From: Rotaria socialis
Lineage: Eukaryota
Direction: 5' to 3'
Assembly: GCA_905331295.1 (NCBI GenBank)
Contig: CAJNYD010000069.1
Coordinates: 186,001 to 250,000 of the forward strand
Length of the DNA stretch: 64,000 nt
Made by a program: the position numbers and the translations under genes. The stretch's first letter is position 1; each line of letters starts with the position of its first letter. Positions 56,065-64,000 of this stretch are shown piece by piece. The notes beneath the pieces are model-generated. The model saw nothing but the letters and a program-made list of their open reading frames with translations. It did not search any database and was not told where the DNA came from.

Positions 56065-57904
56065 TTAATCGAAAATCGCTCGTTTAAGCTTTTGTAAAAA
56101 TCCATCTTTTTCTTTTGGTTTCTCTTCTAGAAATAAGTTCGAATATATATATATATATATATTTGAATTAATTACCTGATGCCGTCTTAGATGAACCATT
56201 AACTGTCCCATCTTTATTTTTATCAAGTTCAGCAAAAGATAACATTAACGCTTTTTGTTCCGGTGTTAATCGTCTAGATAAATAACAAGATTGAAAAAAA
56301 ATTCTTTTTCATTGATTGATAATACAAAGTAACATACATGGGAATTTTTATTTTAACATGAACATAATGATCACCGGTTCCTTGACCATTGAGTCGTTTA
56401 ACACCTTTGCCAATTAGACGAAAACGTTGATGAGATTGCGTACCAGATGGGATCTAACATGCATACAGATGTATCTCTTGTGTGAAAAATAATAAAACAT
56501 TCTTACGTCTAAGGCATGATCTTCATATATGCCTGGTACTTTCACTTTTCCACCAAGTGCTGCCATACTAATAGAAATGTCTATATCACTATGAATATCC
56601 TCTCCTTCTCTTCGAAATCGGTCACTTGGTTTAACACGAAATGTGACAAATATTTCCGATACACCGAGATTAACTCTCATTGATTGTCCATCTTCCACAC
56701 CTTAGAAAAAAAGAAGAAAGAAAAATAATATTTTCAAAGAATTTTATTAAGAAAATTTACCGGCTGGAATTGGTATCGTTATGAATTTTTTTTGTATAGT
56801 TTGTCCTTTTCCTGAACATTCATAGCATGGTTTTGCAATTGTTTCCCGTCGACCATGACATGTTCGACAAGTAGCACGTAGAAAGAATGGACCAGTTTCG
56901 ATTGTTTCCATTCCTGACCCATTACATGTTCGGCAAGGTTGCGGTTGAGTACCAACAGCACATCGAGTGCCTCTACACGTTGGACATGCATCAACAACGC
57001 GTACATTAACATCTTTATTGCAACCACGAACTGCTTCTTGAAATGTTAAATCAAGGGCCAACTATTTAATTGAAAAACATTCAATAGATTGAAAATAAAA
57101 ATCTAAGACTCTTACTTGAGTTATACCTTGTTTACCCAATTTATTCTCATCAGGATCATCCATCCAATCATGATTAGCAAAACCACCTCGACTGAATGCT
57201 TCACCAAAGATTCTTCGAAATAATTCTTCTGGATCAACTTGAGACTGATAATATTCATAGCCACGAAAACCACCCTGACTGGCACCAGTTGGTCGACCAC
57301 CAGAACTACTAGTTGACTGTGATTCTTGACCAGAACTAAATGGATCACCGCCCATACCATAAGTATCATAATTTTTCCGTTTAGTTTCATCACTTAATAC
57401 TTCATAAGCTTCTGAAACTTCTTGAAATTTCTTTGTTGTTGCTGCATCTTTCTTATCTGTTGTATCAGGGTGATATTCTTTTGCTAACTAAACAGTAAAT
57501 AGTCATATTAATTCATTATTAGCTCATGAAAGTATTACGAACTTTATAATAAGCTTTTTTTACATCTTTTGCTGTCGCACTTTTCGGTATACCTAATACT
57601 TCATAATAATCCTTTTTGTCTCGTTTACTCGATGTATGAAATGATCGTGTATGTAATTCAGGAAAAACTAGAACAAAACATGATTGAATGATAATATGGC
57701 AACGTCAAAAAGTGGCATACCTGGAGCTAATTTCAAGGTTGTTCCATATGAAATATTACACGAATGAGTTTGAAAAGTGTAACTAGAGATGCCGCAGATT
57801 GATGACAACCATGACTTTGACACTAGACTTGATAGAGAACATCTGGAGAAATATTTAGAAACCAGTGGAGATAAAAGAATCGTACAATTCGAGCGCACAA
57901 GCAT
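56065..57904 (-). CDS. DNAJA3: Mitochondrial type I DnaJ, Tid1/DNAJA3 (long isoform; the short isoform ends at 55976)
   Basis: Exons 57904-57721, 57667-57543, 57487-57116, 57061-56761, 56700-56507, 56453-56338, 56273-56176, 56126-56065. Targeting-peptide-like N-terminus, J domain with [15 protein letters not shown], four CxxCxG repeats, C-terminus [12 protein letters not shown]. Confidence 0.95.
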
Positions 57905-57941
57905 TCGAATGAGGATCTAGAGTGGAATAATAAACTATAAA

Positions 57942-57975
<34 letters not shown>

Positions 57976-58159
57976 TATTAGTCGATGATCAATACATACA
58001 TGCAATCTACTTTACTGTATTCATCATTGGAAGAATAAATCGAACCAATTCAAGCTTTCTGTTCCAAGTTTCAAAACTGCAGAATGTAACGACCTCTTTC
58101 GTTCGCCGCCTGTGCCGTCACATTCATATAATACTTCGAAAAAAACACCATTTCCGTCN

Positions 58160-58449
58160 ACCATTAACCGTTGGTGCGTAACCTTAATGGTTCCGTACTG
58201 AACCCAATCGTTTTGTACAGAACCTTCAAGGTTTCGTATTTTCTCACGGAACCTTTTTTTGCTGTACAGAACCGAAAAAAAGGTTCTGTAAGAGATGGTT
58301 CTGCACTTGGGTAAAACGCAGAACCTTCAAAAGGTTCTGTCAAAATTTTTATCCTTTTTTTGAGACTTTGAACGCATTTGGAGCATTTTGAAAATCTGCA
58401 GAACCTTTTCGGAGGGTTCTGTAAACCTCCTTTATTTTTTTCAGAGTAG
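58160..58449. repeat. Partial repeat rich in GAACC/GGTTC motifs, probably one end of a non-autonomous DNA transposon, truncated at the N at 58159
   Basis: Many agaacc/ggttct motifs in both orientations; the right end reads ctactctgaaaaaaataaagg on the minus strand. The other end is not visible. Confidence 0.55.
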
Positions 58450-58558
58450 ACACTCACTCTGATGATAGCGAATGTATTCATTGAAATATTAGAGTGATAG
58501 TTGTTATAAATAAATTATATTTAAACCATTTTTATATTTCATCTTTTGACTAATTACT

Positions 58559-58996
58559 CTATTTTTCGACTTTCAAAAGTAAGTTCATAATTTCTATGAT
58601 CAATGTATGAACACATTTAAAGACAACAGCAAGGGACAAAATAGTAATTGAAGAATCCAACAAAAGCATGTACACCTGACTTTGTATGTATATTGATCCA
58701 AAAATCAGGGTAGCTGTAACAAGTGTCATTACCGTTATGAATTTGGGACAACCATAAACTGTAAATATAACAATGAGATTGACCATATTTAATGTGTTGA
58801 ATAAACAACCCATATATTGAAGTTCATTTAAAATCTTTAAGTTCATTTTTTCATTTTCGAGAGAATCTATTATTTTTTGAAATGTAGTAAAATTGTTAAC
58901 ACAATAAAAACAATTATGATGATATTTTGAAATTACAAGAAGAAATTGTTGTTGTTTCGCTGTATTTCGATCGTAAAAATGGCAAAGCTCCCCCAA
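58559..58996 (-). pseudogene. Possible degraded multi-pass membrane protein (7TM-like) fragment
   Basis: 145-codon frame with two hydrophobic segments. No ATG start and no upstream frame could be joined. Confidence 0.2.
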
Positions 58997-59771
58997 TTGC
59001 TAATGGAAGTAATATGAAATAAACAAGTAGCAACATAAAAGTGAATGCTAATAACGAACGTATAGTTTTGCAATTTTGTGGAACTCACATATATTTTCGA
59101 AGAAAATAGTGAGTGTAAGTTGAATTGTTAGGTTTTTGCGGCTCCTCTGTACCCCACCCCCCCCTCTCCATTACAGACATAAAACATAAAAAAAACTAAC
59201 ACTTCGGCGCACTGATTAGATAAAATTTTTATACAGATGGATTGCCTATGTTCACCACTACTCACATCAGTAATAAAAATCTAGTTTCACTAATTAGAAA
59301 TCATTATAATTAGGATTTAGCCTCTAATTAATCATCAAAATCTGTCGTTTTTATTATTAGTCCATAGTTACGACAGTATCGTATATTTTTATTATTACAG
59401 ACGTTCGCAACCAGTGTATGCTACCGCTACAGAAGCTAGTAACTAGTTTATGCTACTATTACATTCGTTACTTCTACCACGTACAATAAACAGATGAAGA
59501 TTTTAATCTTTTTTTCTCACACAAATACCTTAATCTAGAGCTTGAATCCACTTTAGTGTATTTACAATTCGCAACTTTTCCATCCACTGGGAGGCTTTTA
59601 TCAAATTTTCTTTTATGAAAAAATGTATCAATTTCTCACCTGATAATACGAAAAAATATAAATTTCTCAATATTATTGCTAGCTATATCCTAAATACTGC
59701 TTAAACTGTTATCATTCACAATATTTCTCAATGAAACCACTAAACACTTCAGCGTACTAACATATTCTAAA

Positions 59772-60727
59772 CAGGGTTGCCAGCCGTACCCCATTTGGGG
59801 ATACAGTACCCAATTTGAGCCTTTTGTACCTCAAAAAAATTTGTACCTCATCTGCATTTTTCAATGTTACGACTACTATCATCCATATTTTGGTTGAAAC
59901 TACGAAAATTCCTGTCTCTTTATCCGATATTTACTATTGATAAAGATGTGAAGCGTCAATTATATTGGTTGGCTGCTAGTGGTCATGTTTATGAAGGATT
60001 CAACAATGACATATGCAACGAGTCCCATGATGAAGATAATCTCATTCACAAACCGACGACCAAAAATCATGAAAGAGAAGTGGAATCTCGGTCTAATCAA
60101 TTTTGGGCTTTTCTTCTTGTAAAGTCGAAACCAATGTGTATTGAAATGTACAAAATTATTTCTTATGTATACTTAATTCCTTCCTCGAATGCATTTGTTG
60201 AAGGCGTTCTTAGTCAAAGAAAAAGCACATGGACAGGCAGTCGGAATTTGACGGTGAATGAAACGATAGCTGCTGAATTAAAAATCAGATTTAATAGTAC
60301 TATGACATATGAAGATTTTTTTCTTTTGTCCAAACAGAATCGCAACTGATAAAGTGTGCCAAAAGTCAACAAAAACACAGTTTCGAAAAAAAGCGTGCAA
60401 TAGTTAGTGTAAATATAAATCGAGAAGGTTCGCTTCGAGTAAGCATTGTTTTATTATGATTGAATTGAATATATGCAGGTTAAAATGAAATTTTATTGTA
60501 AACATATTTATTAGAAAATAAAGATTTCAATTTGAAAGCTAGGCTTTATAGTAAAACGAAAAACAGAGAATGCCCTTTCCTGATTGAAAATAGTTTTCGA
60601 AATTGATTTCCGCAGCCGATGACCAGTGTGAAAGATGTAAACTGCGTACCTCACGAATGTACCCCATTTACAACTGAGTTGTACCTAACGTGTACCCCAT
60701 TTGGGACCTGAGCAGCTGGCGACTCTG
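59772..60727 (+). mobile_element. Internally deleted hAT transposon
   Basis: Perfect 8-bp TSD attctaaa (59764-59771, 60728-60735); TIRs cagggttgccagc / gctggcgactctg; subterminal gtacccca repeats. hATC dimerisation remnant FWAF..LIPSSNAFVEGVLS..W...RN in 59864..60349. Confidence 0.92.
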
Positions 60728-61289
60728 ATTCTAAACAAAAAGTTTTTTATACGTTCTCTCTAGTAATATTTCCTATTGATAGATTCAATAAACTTGAAAT
60801 GTTAAAAAGGTTTTATTATCTTATTTTTGAACAAAATATGATCTCACTATTCTGAAAAAATAAAACTTCTATTTGATCAGTATCTAATTGATCGAAATAT
60901 GTGAGTTGCACATTTTTTTCGTAAAACTTATCAAATAATTACGTCTGTATAAACCTTGAAATATATTGATCATAACAAAAGAAAATGTGAAAGTCATTTA
61001 TATTTAGGCCTATTGGGAAAAAATCATAAAATATCAGGACAAAATCAGGAAAGTAGTACTGCTGCGAGGTCTGTACGAACAATAATAATATTGTTTTAAT
61101 AAGGCAAAAAAAGCGTTTTATTTCTGTTTATCATGAAAAACGAAAAGCACATTACATTTTTATTTGTTCTAATAAAATTATATGACCAAGAAAATGGCAT
61201 TAATGAAAGGTGCGCGTGGCGACATTGAAGTGTGTGGCAACAAACGAAACATTGTTTGATTATGTATATGTATGTATTTATCGTCGTGA

Positions 61290-63454
61290 ATGGCTGCTGC
61301 AAGAAATACTGCTGCTGATAGTAAGCGCTTTGTCTTTCGCTCACCTAATAAAGATCCTGATGTATATTTTATTCCAGCAAATCAGTCTGGAAGTTATGTT
61401 TCATCACGAACTGCACAATCAACTGATATGACAACACCACATACAGAAGCGGTAACTCCGGCACGACGTGTGGTTGTTATACGTAATACAAAAAATCCTC
61501 ACAGTGCTCAAGGACATGTAGATTTAAGTGAACTCGGGAGATCTAATTCTGATGAAAATCCTGCAGTGACTACCGACGGCGTAAGTATTTTATTTAATCA
61601 ATGAAATCTTTCGTTTTACATAAAAGAAATTAAAGATATATATATATATATATATTCTAGAATAAATTAGTTTATGTCATGCGACGACCTATAGGATCAA
61701 AATCATCATCAAGGCCACCACCACCAGCAGAATTGCATCAAACCGTTCCAGAGTCAATAAATACTACTCAATTGCAACATGCACGTACACTAACTCCTCC
61801 AAATGAGACTGCTATTTCATTTGATGATCAGCCTCGATCACCAAGTCCACATCATTCACCGTCCATACGACCAAAACATCATACGCTCATTACGACGTCA
61901 CCAATACAAACTGAAAAGTCGTCATCCTATATACCCTATCTAAGACGGCCGAGATCAAAAGTTCGAACGCCAAGTCCACCTCCTATACGAACAACAAGTT
62001 ATAAACGTAGTACATCACCAACGCAAGCTGAACATTATCAAGGAGTTGTACCCTATCTGAGACGATCAAGATCAAAAGTTCGAACGCCAAGTCCACCTCC
62101 TATACGAACAACAAGTTCAAAACGTTCTGTATCACCTTCGCAAACTGAAAATTATCAAGAATCTATACCCTATCTGAGAAGTTCAAAATCAAAAATTAGA
62201 GCACCAACACCAATCGTAGAACATACTAATTCTGCACGTTCGCCAACTGTGAACGAAGACAAAATTGATGGTAAATAGTTATATCATTGAAATTCTCATT
62301 AATATTTCGTATATCTTTTATAGATATAGATCCTCAACAAACTTTTACATATTATTCATTACAGAATATAAATGAATCGATGAATACATCAAGTCCTGTC
62401 ATGGTTGAAAATGAAGAACATACAACACAAAATTATAATGTACAAAATAAAAAAGATACTCAACGTACAACAGCAGCAAGTTCAGCAGTAAAATCAGCCA
62501 AATCTATTGTACTGATCAATCCTGATGATCAATCGATTGCTGTTGTTGAAAATTCATATACAAAAGGTGCAAAATCAGTAAAGATCGCTCGATTTATTGA
62601 AAGAGATGTATGTATTGAATAAATAAATAACACAAAACCTATCTATTAAAATAATAGGATGATCGATCCAGTGAAAGCTTATTGAAAAGATCTCCACGAC
62701 GAGGATGCCTTGGTTGTTTAGCAAGACATATGTGTTTAATAATACTCATTTGTTTTATTCTTATTTTTATTGGTTTAGCCGGTGCTGGTGTTAGTGCTTA
62801 TTTTTATGTCTTAAGTAATTGTAACAAACTATTTTCAACTACTTAAATTTGATGTATTGTTCTCTAGATTCAACGGATAATTTTATTCCAACAATTGCTG
62901 GTATGGCTGCTGGTGGAGCTTTAGCTTTGGCTGCATTATTATTTCTATGCATCGTAGTCGCATGTATTGGTTCACACGATGGATATTTTAATTACAATGA
63001 TGATGAAAAACAGGTTGGTGGTCGAGCATTTGCATTCATACCTCCAACACATCCAAATGCTCATCTATATATTCCACGTGATTATGCGAAACTAGTTGAA
63101 AATGGTAATCAACTACCCATGGCACCGATGCCAGCACGAGCTTCGTCGAATTTTGTATATGGTCACCAATCATTGATGGCACCAGTATCGACTGTGTCCT
63201 ATACTCCCCAACAAGCAATGAATAGATCAAATAGATCAACTATTACAGTAAATAATAAATCCAATAACGATATTATTACTATTGAAATGCCTGAACGTCT
63301 TGTAACTGGACGAGAAATGTCACCAAAATCACGGGAACGTAATTTAAATCAAGTAGTTAAAAATATTGGTCACGTTGTTGAAGATTCAAAGAAAAAAAAT
63401 AATGGAGATGCACCCAAGAAAGTTATTATTCAAATTGAAAAGAATAAAAAATAA
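61290..63454 (+). CDS. Uncharacterised two-TM membrane protein with a Ser/Pro/Arg-rich repeat N-terminus
   Basis: Exons 61290-61580, 61661-62270, 62324-62607, 62658-62814, 62868-63454 are in frame. TM segments LIILICFILIFIGLAGAGVSAYFYVL and IAGMAAGGALALAALLFLCIVVACI. Confidence 0.75.
61931..62212 (+). repeat. Coding tandem repeat, 117-bp (39-aa) unit, about 2.4 copies
   Basis: ccctatct recurs at 61934, 62051 and 62168; peptide PYLRRxRSKVRTPSPPPIRTTS. Confidence 0.9.
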
Positions 63455-64000
63455 ACTGCATAGGGTTTTACACAGATTTTTTATTTTTCCTGTATATTCA
63501 GTTTTTTTTTTTCAATAAAAAATATACACATTTATCAATCTACAGATTTTGCTTATTTTAGTATCAGAGATGAAAAATTTTCGAATAAACTAGTCCTAGT
63601 ACGATACTTCGTATACTGACCGATCGTCTAGTCAAAACTAACATGACTAGAGGTACTTTCATAACTAACGATGTTTAAAAGCACAACAATGTCTGCATCA
63701 GAAAACACAATATGAGTTCTACTGAGTTTTTTGGAAAATTCTTGTCTGTTCGAGTTAATTTAATTAACATCCAAAAAAGATTTCTCGTACAAGTTTATCT
63801 AATAAGAAGAGAAAAAAAATAAATAGGTTAAATCGATGATCAGCCGATTTAAAAGCAATACTGTTTCTATCGTTGATGTGACTCTTGTCGGGTCTTTGAT
63901 AAAAACAAAAAGAAAATAAAATCCAATGAACATTGACATTTTTTTGTTTATTCAATTTGAAACTTCTATACACTTGTTTCTCTATTCATATATTTATCTA

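Noticed and set aside
58164..58481. 105-aa ORF
   Set aside because: It is a translation of the GAACC-motif repeat.

Overview
AT-rich eukaryotic (animal) DNA with many genes and very short introns (mostly ~50-70 nt). The gene families and architecture point to a bdelloid rotifer, which is an inference and not proven. I assembled about 16 spliced genes by hand: a SUEL-lectin/CUB type I membrane protein, a bacterial-type PARG, a class A GPCR, an all-helical unknown, a methyltransferase-like protein, a GRD-like Cys-loop channel, a minimal SET protein, an ELOVL6-like elongase, two UBE2D paralogues, OGDH, a Pro-rich unknown, a Brat-like NHL protein, SLC25A38, DNAJA3 and a 2-TM repeat protein. There is also one intronless orphan ORF. 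Non-autonomous DNA transposons include a piggyBac deletion derivative, a hAT deletion derivative, two copies of a CCC-terminal MITE and a 300-bp palindrome. The strongest signals are in RNA processing. One UBE2D gene needs an AT-AC intron with a U2-like donor. OGDH has duplicated 103-nt mutually exclusive exons covering its Ca2+ site, plus a candidate 6-nt micro-exon. DNAJA3 has a Tid1-L/S-type cassette exon, and the DNAJA3-SLC25A38 junction looks operon-like. PARG and SET are horizontal-transfer candidates. All exon coordinates were read by eye and no database searches were run.
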